Source of the DNA: the human T2T-CHM13v2.0 reference genome, Homo sapiens
Assembly (NCBI RefSeq): GCF_009914755.1
Contig: NC_060940.1
DNA length: 64,000 nucleotides
Reading direction: 5' to 3' (one strand)
Shown piece by piece: positions 29,386 through 47,760 of the stretch. Position numbers and translations under genes: made by a program. Within the stretch, counting starts at the first letter, position 1; every line of letters begins with the position of its first letter. The notes under the pieces are model-generated. The model was not told where the DNA came from. It was given only the letters and a program-made list of their open reading frames with translations, and ran no database searches.

Positions 29386-30374
29386 GTTTTCTGGCTTTTG
29401 GCTACTATGAACAGTGCTGCTATGGACATTTGTGTACACATTTTTGTTTGCACATCTATTTCCCATTCTTTTGGTTATATATCCAGGAGTGGAATTTCTA
29501 GATTGTATGATAATTCTTTTTTGGGGGTTGTTTTAGTTATTTATTTGTAGTAGTCCATTTTCTTTTATTTTTTTTTATTTTACTTTAAGTTCTAGGGTAC
29601 ATGTGCACAAAGTGCAGGTTAGTTACATATGTATACATGTGCCATGTTGGTGTGCTGCACCCATTAACTCGTCATTTACATTAGGTATATCTCCTAACGC
29701 TATCCCTCCTCCCTCCCCCCACCCCATGACAGGCCCTGGTGTGTGATGTTCCCCACCCTGTGTCCAAGTGTTTTCATTGTCCAATTCCCACCTATGAGTA
29801 AGAACATGTGGTGTTTGGTTTTCTGTCCTTGGGATAGTTTGCTCAGAATGATGGTTTCCAGCTTCATCCATGTCCCTACGAAGGACATGAACTCATCCTT
29901 TTTTATGGCTGCATAGTATTCCATGGTGTATATGTGACACATTTTCTTAATGCAGTCTATCATTGATGGACATTTGGGTTGGTTCCAAGTCTTTGCTATT
30001 GTGAATAGTGCCACAATAAACATACGTGTGCATGTGTCTTTATAGCAGCATGATTTATAATCCTTTGGGTTTATACCCAGTAATGGGATGGCTGGGTCAA
30101 ATGGTATTTCTAGTTCTAGATCCTTGAGAAATTGCCACACTGTCTTCCACAATGGTTGAACTAGTTTACAGTCCCACCAACAGTGTAACAGTGTTCCTAT
30201 TTCTCCACATCCTCTCCAGCACCTGTTGTTTCCTGAGTTTTTAATAATCATATGGTAATTCTATGTTTAACTTACTGAGGAACCACCAAGTCCGATTACC
30301 ACTTTGTTCCAAGATGCATACACCTTTATCATAAGATATTTAGAAAATGCATACACACATAGCAAAACATTAAA
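29386..30374 (-). repeat. Inverted copy of 32845-33075, split by L1PA5
   Basis: The reverse complement of 29386-29517 plus 30247-30374 aligns to 32845-33075 at about 90% by eye. Confidence 0.92.
29518..30250 (-). mobile_element. 5'-truncated L1PA5-like element with a 3' transduction
   Basis: L1PA 3' UTR and ORF2 C-terminus (ORF 29700-30251, CWRGC...HCWWDC motif); TSD at 29502-29517 and 30247-30262. Confidence 0.95.
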
Positions 30375-30432
30375 CATTTGCAAAAACAGGCAGTGGGCTG
30401 AGTTTGGTCCACAGGCCACAGTTTGCCTCTGG
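30375..30432 (+). mobile_element. MER58A 3' end; degenerate upstream part at ~29280-29385
   Basis: caaaaacaggcagtgggctgagtttggtccacaggccacagtttgcc. Confidence 0.7.
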
Positions 30433-30899
30433 TATAGGGAACGCCTACAATATTCTTTCTCCAGATTGCCAAGTAGTAACATTTACTCATCACTCATTTA
30501 GGAACATTCACTAATCTGTACCTGCCCTGTTGGGGAATGCGGCAGGGTCCTGGATTTTACTGTTTAAATCTTCCAGCCAATATTTATCGAACCTCTCTTG
30601 TGTGCCAAGTGCTGAGTTCTTCTGTTCCGTGAAAAATGGAAGTCCAGGCTGTGCCCACAAAATTACATTCCAGGGGCCGTGGCTGATGCTGGTAAGCACA
30701 AGGCTATGGCAGCCAGTAGGAGGGCGTCTAATTCCAAATGCAAATTTTTGGCGGGTGGGAGGGTACAGACACACACAGAGCAAAAGAGGCCGTTTCCTTA
30801 ACTGATCTCTCAAGTTGGAGTAACCTGTGAAATCTTAATCATCTCTACGTTCAGAGGACCCAGCCCACTGCCATTTTCTCCTTCCTGAGACTAGAAGCA

Positions 30900-31098
30900 G
30901 AGACATTTAAACCCTGGGAGATGACAGTCGTGGAATGGATGGATTCCAAACCACCCAAATCATCACAGGGAGAAAAGTTGCCTGCTGACTAGGAACACCC
31001 TCCTTGAATTGTCAGGCGAGGGAGAAAGGTTTATTGTGTTCAGCCACTGAAACTGTCAGGACTATTTGTTACAGCATCTAGCATTACTCTAACTAATA
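30900..31098 (+). mobile_element. MLT1J/K LTR 3' part
   Basis: ttattgtgttcagccactgaaa...tatttgttacagcatctagcattactctaactaat. Confidence 0.65.
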
Positions 31099-31099
31099 A

Positions 31100-31290
31100 A
31101 GTGCTTTTTGCACATTGTCTCACTGAAGTTTCTCAAAAATCATATGAAAGGGCGATTTGAATCATCCCAGGTTTACCTACAAGGAAGCTGAGTCTCAGAG
31201 AGGTTAAGTGGCTTGTCCAAGGTTGCACAGCTAGTAAATTCAAGAGCCTGAACTCTAACCTGGAGAAGTCTATCCTCAAAGCCCATGCTT
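31100..31290 (-). mobile_element. MIR
   Basis: aaggaagctgagtctcagagaggttaagtggcttgtccaaggttgcacagctagtaa. Confidence 0.8.
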
Positions 31291-32699
31291 TGGGCGACTC
31301 TCTCTGTTAACAAAGGGCTCCACTGGCTCTGATTCTGATCGATATATCACCCAGCCCTGCTGTCCAGTTCATGCAGTGGAATCCAGGAAGAAGAAGGAGG
31401 CAGCCCTGTCCTGGGAATTGTATTAATGGGATGAGACAGGATTTCCCCAGGGCAGGGGCCTGAAAGCCAGAGGCCAGGCAGAAAGGGGCAGTCATCCTGG
31501 CTTAAAGAGCCAGCTTTTCCCGGGGTTTGGAGACTGCTGTCTGCAGACCTGGGCAGAACCACACACCCCAGACCCCAAACTCTTCCTTTACAGGCTGTGG
31601 GAGAGAGATGGCAGGCAAGCTCCAAGCAGGAGGACTCCCAAGGTACCTTCTCAGTTCCTGCTCCCTTGAAAATGTTTTTCTTTGCAGGTCGGAGAGGTAC
31701 CTCTCTCTTTGTAGCCAACATGTCCAAGGCTGACAGGCTAAAACTGCTTGCTTGCTTTTAAGTGTCAGGAGATGTAAATAGTTTTAGTCTTCAGTGGTTT
31801 CTGATTGAATATCCTTTTGAAGTAATGATAGCTATAATTTAAAGCAACAGTTACCATATTTTCCTTGCTGGCTGGCCTTCTTTGAAGCACTAAGTATAAA
31901 TCTGCTTAAAATCTTAAAATAGCTGTAGCTCTGTCTCAATATTCTACCAGGAGCCAGAGAGATTCGGCCCCTAATTGCCATCATCTGTAACTAATATCAG
32001 CAGCACAGCGGGCTTGTGACAAGGTGGCTGGGAGAATTGCTCTGACATAGACAGGAAGGTGGAGGCAGAGACATGGTCTCCCTTTGGGGATCTTGGCTTC
32101 GGTTGGAGTTCGGAAGAAACCCGTTCTGAAATTAGGGCCAAATGGGCTCTGGCTGTTGGAGATTTTTCAGGATGATTTTTTCCACCGCCAGCCCCCTGCC
32201 CTTCTGGGAGCCTGGGATGGAAATGACGGGGCCTCCTTGCAAAATCAAACTCAGAAAGCTCAAGGATTGGTGATGACCTGGTTCTAGCCAATAGGATTCC
32301 CAGGGACCATATTTATGTCTCGGATAAAGCATTTTGAAAAAGAATGAGGGCCGTGGAGATTCCAGTGCGGATGATCACCAACAGGAAGTAATGCACAACC
32401 ATTTCTACTACACATCGGCAAATGCATTTGAAATCCAGTTTAAATTTTGACTTGGTTGCCTTTTCATTCATTTAAAAGTATTAATTCACTTGACAAATAC
32501 TTACTGCATCTCTGTGTGCCAGGCATTGCACAAAACAGTCAGCAATCCCAGCATTCCCAGGGTTTATGATAAGCATGATATAGATGAGATGGAGGATGAT
32601 AAATGCCAGGGAGTAAAATCATACTGGGAAGGAGCAGGAAGTAGTGAGGTTTGGTTTTAATCAGGTTTGTCGTTGAGAAGGTGGCATTAAAGTGTGACA

Positions 32700-32925
32700 T
32701 TAAATGGCATTTCTATAATCCCACTTTTGTACAAACTTTTAATTATATAGTAAATGTATATATTTAGGCATTCTAAACAATTCTAGTAGGAAACATTCAG
32801 AACAGTTGACAATGTTTATCTTTGAGTGCCATGACTATTTGTGATTTAATGTTTTCTTATGTGTGTATGCATTTTCTAGATGTCTTATGATAAAGGTGTA
32901 TGCATCTCAGAACAAAGTGATAATA
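32700..32925 (+). mobile_element. Old L1ME/MC-like tail
   Basis: aatcccacttttgta...gttgacaatgtttatctttgag...gcattttctag. Confidence 0.5.
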
Positions 32926-32929
32926 GGAC

Positions 32930-33525
32930 TTGGTGGTTCCTCAGTAAGTTAAACATAGAATTAACCATATGATCCAGCAATTCCACTCCAAAGAGAATTG
33001 GAAATAGATGTGCAAACAAAAACGTGTACATAAATGTCCATAGCAGCGCTGTTCATATAGCCAAAAGCTAGAAACAATACAAATGTCCGCCAATGAATGA
33101 ATCAATGACTTGTGGTATATTCATACAATGAAGTATTATTTAGCCATAAAAAGGAATGGAGTCCTGATTGTGCTACAACACAGAAGAATCTTGAAAATAT
33201 TAGGCTAAGTGAAAGAAAGTAGACACAAAAGGTTGCATACTGTGTGATTTTGTTTCTACAAAATGTCCGGAATAGGCAAGTCCATAGAGACAAAAAGCAG
33301 ATCAACAGTTGCCTAGGCTGAGGGTGGGAGTTAGGGGAGGGGCGAATGGGAATGGGGTATGGGATTTCCTTTTGGGGTGATGAAAATATTCTGGGACTTA
33401 GGTAGTGGTGATGGCTGTATGACATCGTGAATGTGAATGTAGATGTCACTGAATGATAGACTTGAATGAGAGATAATGGTTATAATGGCACATTTTCTGT
33501 CATATATATTTTACTACAATAAAGA
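32930..33525 (+). mobile_element. L1MB5/7-like 3' end
   Basis: gttccctcagtaagttaaacatagaatt...gaataggcaagtccatagagac...ggggtgatgaaaatattctgg. Confidence 0.88.
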
Positions 33526-33991
33526 AGTGGTCATTGGAGCAGTTACTGGAAAGACTTGGTGACTGTAGATGGCAGGTAACGGTTGCCCGGGAGGTCTTTG
33601 CCAGGTAACCAAGTGTCAGGTGCAGGGAGACTTGGCAGAAGCCCCGTTAGAAACATTCATGACTCCATTGAACCAGTATTTACCAACCACCTCCTTGATG
33701 CCATGCAGGGAGGCCACAGCCGTGGGCACCCATAGGCCTGCTCTGCTGTGATTCCAGTGGGGAGCTCCCCTGGGGACCAAGAAGTCACCCCATGTGGAGG
33801 CGTGGAGTTGGAGTGAAGCTATGTGGGGCTGAGCTGTGGACTCGGCAGCTTCCACCCTAGCCCTGACATGCTTCTCTCGGCTGAGAACACACATCTTAGA
33901 AGAGAGTCCAGACAGACACGCTGAGAGGCCACACAAGTGCATGATGGGAGCCAGCGGGAAGAATGCTGGGTGGCTGTGGAGCCCATTCAGG

Positions 33992-34505
33992 CGTGGGTCT
34001 CCAACCTCCGGGCCACGCGATCGTTGCTTCTTAGGAACTGGGCCACACAGCAGGAGTGAGCAGTGGGTGAGACAGCAAAGCTTCATCTGTATTTACAGCT
34101 GCTTCTGATCACTCACATTACTGCCTGAGCTCTGCCTCCTGTCAGATCAGCAGGCATTCAATTCTCATACGAACTTGGACCCTATTGTGAACTATGCATG
34201 CGAGGGATCTAGGTTTCCTGCTCCTTATGAGAATCTAATGCCCGATGATCTGTCACTGTCTCCCATCACACCCAGATGGGACTGTCTAGTTGCAGGAAAA
34301 CAAGCTCAGGGCTCCTGCTGATTCTACATTATGGTGAGTTGTGTAATTATTTCATTACATATTACAATGTAATCATAATAGAAATAAAGTACACAATAAA
34401 TGTAATGCACTTGAATCTTCCTGAAACCATCCCCCCACCCCAGTCTCTGAAAAAATTATCTTCCACAAAACTGGTCCCTGGTGTCAAAAAGGGTGGGGAC
34501 CACTG
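33992..34505 (+). mobile_element. MER1A (hAT-Charlie), essentially full length
   Basis: Ends cgtgggtctccaacc...gggtggggaccactg; 8-bp TSD cattcagg (33984-33991) / cattaagg (34506-34513). Confidence 0.92.
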
Positions 34506-35524
34506 CATTAAGGGATTAATGTTTTCCCCAGGTGATTTGCAGAGAGGGCAATCTGGACATCAGTAATTGAGAAAGAGCCTGTGTCCCTAAAACCAGGGCA
34601 CTCCAGTCTTCCTTAGAAGACGTTTCCAGGCTTTTTAGCATGGTGGCAGTCAAGATGTGTTTTTACATGCAGAGGGAAGGGAGAAGACAGGCCATTTCTT
34701 CTCCCCCAGTGCATGTGGCCAAGCCCTCTTTTGATATCTGCCTCCTTACTGTCACCTCCCCAAGAACCTGGACACCAGTCCCTGTGACTCTGCCTCCTCT
34801 GTGCACCCTGGGACTTCGCCTGTGCTCCTGGCCCACGAGAGCTTTCTGGGTCCTGCTTATTTCATGCTGAGTCAGGCCAAGATACAACAGAGTGAGGCCC
34901 CAGGCAAGCTGAGAGCCCTTGGCCCATTCCCCTGTTGTCAGGACTCCTAGAAGGCCATGGTGCAGAATTCATTTATGCAGGGGCAAAACACTCAGCTCCA
35001 ATGAGAAAGGGCAAAGCCTTGCTCCCATCTGGGTTCCACAGATGTGGGCAGGTGCTGGACCCAGTGGGGGCTTGAAGCCCGCTCTGGCCCCAAGAGAAGC
35101 CCGCTCTGGTCCCTGTCCTGGGACGTAGCTGGATGAAGCTGTCCCACCACACTAGGGGTGCTCCCCTGTTGGCCTGTCCCCAGCCAGTGCCTCTCCACAC
35201 TACCTTCTGTGTACGTGCTCTGTACCCCAGCCAAAGCCAGCTCTACACTGTCCTGGAACAGCCCCTGCCCTTTCCTAGCCCCTGGCCCTTGTACTTCCTG
35301 TTCCCTCCTCCTAGCATGCCCTCCCCCAAAGTGCCACCTGTTGAAATCCTAGCTGCTTCTCGTCTCATCTCAAATGCCACCTCCCTGTGCGCTCTTCCTC
35401 CCTCCCAGTGTGTTCTTGCTCCTGTGCCCCATCCAGCGCACCTCTTACGGATGCCCCAGGACTCTGCCAAGTACAGACTTCATTTGTGCTATTCTTGGGC
35501 CATAAACGAATCCCACAGAGCCCC

Positions 35525-35714
35525 GTGGGTTAGAGCATAGCTTTAAAGTTGGATGGCCTGGGGTTTAAGTCTGGACCTCAACTTAGGCAAATCAAATCAC
35601 TTTACCTCTCTGCACCCCAGTTTTCCCATCTGTAAAATGCTAATGATGATAATCACGATACCAGCCTACAACACAGGCTTCTTCTGAGGATTAAATGAGA
35701 TGATATATGCAGAG
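35525..35714 (+). mobile_element. MIR
   Basis: cagttttcccatctgtaaaatg...tgaggattaaatgagatgatatatg. Confidence 0.8.
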
Positions 35715-35715
35715 T

Positions 35716-35905
35716 GGAGCCACGACTAGGGTGAGGCAAGCGAGGTGCCTGCAGTGCAAAATGTAAGGATGCCCTCCATGAAAGCACCACCTGAAGGCGC
35801 TTGGCCACCTGAGGGCACATGAGGATGCCCTCCCCCAAAAGCATCCTGGGGATGTGAGAGTGCAGAGTGCCTTCTGAAATTTTGCATCTCAGGTGCCTCA
35901 CTTGA
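35716..35905. mobile_element. MER96-like palindromic hAT MITE
   Basis: gactagggtgaggcaagcgaggtgcctgcagtgcaaaat...aattttgcatctcaggtgcctcacttg inverted arms. Confidence 0.7.
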
Positions 35906-36059
35906 TGCATTTGGGCAGCAATTTCATGACAGTGTTGATGACTGGAGATGGAGAATGGTGCCATATTCCACCGCAGTGGTGGGTCTGGCACGGTGGAGGC
36001 AGCAGGTATGAGCAGGACTATTAGAAGGCCATGGTGCAGAATGCTTTTATGCAGGGACC

Positions 36060-36190
36060 AAGCACTTAGCTTCTGATGCGGTATTTCCAACCTCAAATCC
36101 TCCTGCCACCGCTCACGATATATGTGACCTTGGGCAAGTCACGTAGCCTCTCTGTGCCTCAGTTTCTTGATCTTCAAAATGGGAATAATA
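36060..36190 (+). mobile_element. MIR
   Basis: tgtgaccttgggcaagtcacgtagcctctctgtgcctcagtttc. Confidence 0.8.
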
Positions 36191-36719
36191 TTAGAATTAG
36201 AATTAAACAAATGCCTGGACTGGAGCCCATGAGTGACGGAAGCACATATGTGCATTGAGAAATCTTTCTATTTGCAGGGAGTAAGATGAATTATAGAGAA
36301 ATAAAGGCAGGAAGGTGCCTGGGGGCAAGAGGCCAGATTAGTCACAGGGAGAAGGAACAGGGTGGGAAGTGTTGAAAGACATAACAGAGATAAGATCTAA
36401 TGAACTTGGCAACTGATTAGATGGAGAGGCCAAGGCAGCGCAGGGATGGGGTGGGGTGGGGGCCGGGAGGGGTGAGTAGGGGATTAATAAGTGGGGGAGG
36501 GAAGAACCTAGGAAAAAAGTGGTGATGTTATCAGAGAGCCGCATTCTGTAATGAAATTGGGCTCAGCATATTGAGTTTGAGGGACCGTGGGAATTGAGGC
36601 TGAAATCCTGGAAATAGGAGGGTGTGGCTCTAGTTAAAGGTAATTGGTATAAGCTTGCCTGTCACCTTTAACCTAGGCTTCTGATTTGTACATCCTGAGG
36701 TCTTGGAACTGGTTATTAA

Positions 36720-37202
<483 letters not shown>

Positions 37203-37348
37203 TGAATGAGCAGCCTCTGAAATGACATGCTGACTGCCCACCTGTCCTGTAGATGGATTCAAGGTTGTGGGCAGATGTGAGTGTGGCACCGGGTTGATAT
37301 CGAGCTCAATTCTGGAAATGGTGCAGAGGTTCTGCCTAGGGCGGAGGG

Positions 37349-37352
<4 letters not shown>

Positions 37353-37383
<31 letters not shown>

Positions 37384-37390
37384 TGTGTGT
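37353..37390. repeat. (GT)15 microsatellite plus an imperfect extension
   Basis: Direct inspection. Confidence 0.95.
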
Positions 37391-37728
37391 AATACTTTTT
37401 TCAAAATGCAAAAATCATCTTAATTAAATTTAACAGCCCTCCCATCCCTTATTTAGAATGGAATGTGGGGCCCAGGCTCTGCTTTCTTCCAACATGGGGA
37501 AGCAGGGCAATGAAAATAAACTTTGCTTTTACTGTGGCTGAGAAGCAAAGGGGGAAATCTGCATCTCAACCAGTGGATGCTGTGCGCCAGCAGCTGTCTT
37601 TGGACATGATCGAGTCTTTTGTAGGATGAAGGCTTCTGGGGACTTGTGGAAGACCCACACCAGAGGACACCTTCCCATGCAAGCTGCACTTTTGAGCTTT
37701 TGAAAGACCTTCTGCCAAAGGACCTGAC

Positions 37729-37900
37729 TTTTTTTTTTTTTTTTCTGAGACAGGGTCTCACTCTATTGCCTAAGGTGGACAGTGCAATGCAGTGGTATAA
37801 TCATAGCTCACTGTAGCCTTGAACTCCTGGCCTCAAGCAGTCCTCCTGCCATGGCATCTCAAAGAGCTAGGATTACAGGTATGAACCACAGCCTCTGGCC
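37729..37900 (-). mobile_element. FRAM-like Alu monomer
   Basis: T tract followed by a single antisense monomer. Confidence 0.85.
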
Positions 37901-37914
37901 CACACCCAACTTTT

Positions 37915-38135
37915 TAAGACTATAGATTTGGGGTCAGACAGCACTATGTTTGGATCCTAAATCTGCTATTTGCTGACTCTGTGACCTTGGGCAAGCCTCA
38001 TAACCTCTCTGAATCTCATCTACAGCAAAATGGGGATGATAATAGCTGCTTCTCACACCCATGGAATGGTTGTAAGGGTGAGATGAGAGAATGCATATAA
38101 AGTATAGGAACATAGTAGGTGTTCAATTAATGGCA
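37915..38135 (+). mobile_element. MIR
   Basis: ctgtgaccttgggcaagcctcataacctctctga...aaaatggggatgataatag. Confidence 0.8.
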
Positions 38136-38770
38136 GGTTTTTTTTTTTTTGGTCTTATCCAAGAATTTAATGAGTAAGAGCTAAGATGCTTACTCAGACA
38201 CATTTGTTTTGTCAAACTGACCACTTTCTGATACTTCAAACATCCAGAGAAGAGCTTTTATGGGCATCTCAGCACACCCCAAGGGGAAAGGGAGGGCAAT
38301 TTCCAGAGACTGAGACGTGTCCAGGGCTGCACAGCCAGTGGTCACTGGGACAACACTAAATTATAGGTTGACATCACTGGAGTCCTGAGTGTAAGGAAAG
38401 TGATTCCTTAATGAACAGCCCTTTGGGGACAAAACTCCTTTAGACCCAGCATGTTAGGGCATGAAAAATGGAAACTTTCCATATCTTGATGTGCGGTGGC
38501 CTCTGTGGGCCCCTGGACCTGTCATGCTGTCTGGTTCTACCTAACAAACGGTTAGGAGGATCGACCCTAAGAAGCGTGGAAAATCCCTTACCTGTGGTTT
38601 TCTACCCTTTCTCCCTGGGGGGCTGCAGCTCGGCATCTCCCAGAAAGGTGTTTGCCCTCCTCCTTTCTCTAATCCTCCGTCCAAGTGGGAGAAGGGTCTG
38701 GTAACCAGACATGAACACTTAGGGAAGGACTGACTGAGAACTTTCATACTAAACGATATGATAGTAACTA

Positions 38771-39063
38771 TTTTTTTAAAAATTGAGGCAGGGTCTTGCT
38801 CTGTTGCTCAGGCTGGAGTACAGTGGCATAATCATGGCTCACTGCAGCCTCAACCTCCCGGCTCAAGCAATCCTCTCACCTCAGCCTCCTGAGCAGCTGG
38901 GATTACAGACGTGCACCACCACACCTGGCTAGTTATTTTTATTTATAGAGATGAGGTCTTGCTGTATTGCCCAGGCTGGGCTTGAACTACGGGGCTCAAA
39001 CGATCCTTCAGTCTCAGCCTCCCAAAGTGCTGGGATTATAGGAGTGAGCCACCACACCCAGCC
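38771..39063 (-). mobile_element. AluJ
   Basis: TSD atgRYagtaactatt at 38758-38772 and 39064-39078. Confidence 0.95.
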
Positions 39064-39611
39064 ATGGCAGTAACTATTAATGATTAATAAACGCCTTGCT
39101 GAATCTTTAATCTATCCTTTAATTCTCCCCACAGCTCCATGCTAGAAAGAAGACTGTGGATGAGAAAGCTGAGGCCCAAGAGGAACAAAGTGACTTTATG
39201 GTTGTCACACATAAAACTGGGGTGTGAACTCAGCTCCATCACACTCCAAAACCCTAGCACTTTTCACTGAGCCACTGTGAGAGTCCCATTTTCCTTGTTC
39301 TGGAGCAGAAATCCAACAGCTCAGTCCCACTCCTCCTACCCAACTGAACCACATCCCTCTGCAGCCTCCACTCCCAAACTCACACATAAGCAGTTTGCCT
39401 TTACTGGCACTCCTGACATCATTCTTTTTGTATGTAATGCCATTTTGTAAGACAGTTTCTATCCCCTCTGGGATTAACCTGGGCACTTTTTAAAGTCTCT
39501 TGATACATTTGCTACTCTAGATGACATTGAGTACATTGTTACTTTCATCTCTGGTGAAAGACAGTGGCATCTGGCTTTCGGGTTTATCTCCTTTGCTTGT
39601 TGAAGGATCAT

Positions 39612-39970
39612 TGCTATGGTTTGGCTGTGTCCTCACCCAAATCTCATCTTGAATTGTAGCTTCCATAATTCTCATGTGTCATGGGAGGGACCCAGTGGGC
39701 GGTAATTGAATCATGGGGGTGGGTCTTTCCCATGCCGTTCTCGTGATAGCGAATAAGTCTCACGAGATCTGATGCTTTTATAAAGAGGAGTTTCCCTGTA
39801 CGAGGTCACGTCTCTTGTCTGCCTCCACATGAGACATGCCTTTCACCTTCCACCATGATTGTAAGTCCTCCCCAGCCACGTGGAACATTGAGTCCATTAA
39901 ACCTCTTTCTTTTGTAAACTGCCCAGTCTCAGATATGTATTTAGCAGCAGTATGAAAACGGACTAATACA
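39612..39970 (+). mobile_element. THE1B-type solo LTR
   Basis: tgctatggtttggctgtgtcc...gaaaacggactaataca; perfect TSD atcat at 39607-39611 and 39971-39975. Confidence 0.95.
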
Positions 39971-40262
39971 ATCATTGTATTTTCCCTTCTCTTGAAAACA
40001 CCTGTCCCTCCTTGTGGCTTGTATAACAGCGTGGCCCTAGTGAATGCATTCTCCTGGACATTTCCCGTGGAGCCGGCGGCCATCACTCCAACTGGTCCCC
40101 AAGTGGGGAGGGCCCTATACTGGTTCAGAACTATGAGAATGCACCTCAAATTATCCCAAAGTACTCCGGGGAGAGAGGTGACTTTTTAGGTCACCCTCAT
40201 AAACAAAAGGTATACTGGTTGTATAGTAGTGATGGAAGGAGTGAAAATTTAATTGTAGTAAC

Positions 40263-41083
<821 letters not shown>

Positions 41084-41109
41084 GTAACATTTAAAAGTAG
41101 CTAACCTTC

Positions 41110-42540
<1,431 letters not shown>

Positions 42541-42543
42541 ATT

Positions 42544-46527
<3,984 letters not shown>

Positions 46528-46689
46528 CCTAGAAATTATTTTTACAATTCTTGCAACTTTTCTGTAGATCTACAATTATGTCAAAATAAAAATAAATAAA
46601 AGAAAGAAACCAAAGCGGTGGCCCATTAGAGTTGGTGCTGAGACTTGAGCTAGTCCTTCTGGCCCCAGTCAATGTCCTGCTGCTGCTTC

Positions 46690-46997
46690 TTTTTTTTTTT
46701 TTTTTTTTTTAAGATGGGGTCTTGCTCTGTTGCCCAGGCTGGAGTGCAGAGGTGTAATCACAGCTCACTGCAGCCTCAAACTCCTGGGCTCAAGTGATCC
46801 TCCTGACTCAGCCTTTTGAGTAGCTGGGACTACTGGTACATGCCACCATGCCTGGATAATTTTTTAAATTTTATGTTTGTAGAGATGGGATCTCGCTATG
46901 CTGACCAGGCTGGTTTCAAACTCCCAGCTTCAAGTGATCCTCCTGCTTCAGCCTCCCCAAGTGCTGGGATTACAGGTGTGAGCCACCGCACCCAGCT
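46690..46997 (-). mobile_element. AluJ
   Basis: T tract and antisense dimer. Confidence 0.95.
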
Positions 46998-47589
46998 GAT
47001 GTTCTCCTTCTTGTCCCACAGACTTCTCCTCCTGGCTCAGTGTGGATCTACCAGGAAACTTCAGGTTAAATCTACAGTGGGCAAATGTGTTTTCCAAACC
47101 TGTTCTTATTAATCTATGGGTAGGATCCCTGAATGGAGTGCAGGGAGAAGGAAAAGAGAAGGAGGCGGCGCCCTTCACAGGAGGACCTTTTGGTTGCTGC
47201 TGGAACATGAGGTGAGGGGTTTCTGTCTGTGTTCTGGAGTAGACTAAGGTAAGGAGACCTGGACCAGTCTTTGAGGGGCATCTCTGTAGTCTTATCTTCC
47301 TCACTCACTCCTTTTCTGTCTTCCCTAAACATGTGCAGAGAGGTTTTTTTTCAGTGCGATATATCCCTCCTCCAATTTCTTTTCTCTCTGTATCTTGGAT
47401 GAGGATATTTCTCTTATATGCTTCTCCTATTCAGAAATGTTGCCTCTCAAGAATTTCAACAGTAATTCAATGCTACGGCTGAAGAAAACAAGGAACAAGC
47501 TTCTCCCTTCCTCTGCCGTTCCTCCCCTCTTGGCGTGTAAGCCTGTGTTCAGAGCTCTTGCTTTTGAAGCATAAGTGATTACAACTTGG

Positions 47590-47760
47590 CAATGGTGTCA
47601 GGCAGAACTGGGTTCACAACTTCATCTGCCCCCTTGGACCTCAGTTCTCCACCTGCAACGTGGTCGTGATGATGGCATTGACCTCATTGAGTGGTTTTGA
47701 GGATGAAATGAGATAAGCGTGTAGGTATTTATCATCGCGCTCAACAAGTGTCAGATGTCA
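47590..47760 (+). mobile_element. MIR
   Basis: cctcagttctccacctgcaa...ttgaggatgaaatgagataa. Confidence 0.65.

Noticed and set aside
29700-30251. Open 183-aa L1 ORF2 C-terminal frame as a domesticated gene
   Set aside because: A frame this short can stay open by chance in a young L1PA5, and there is no promoter or evidence of selection
32925-33561. gacttggtg on both sides of the L1MB as a TSD with transduction
   Set aside because: Only 9 bp, partly explained by L1 consensus sequence, and there is no second A-run
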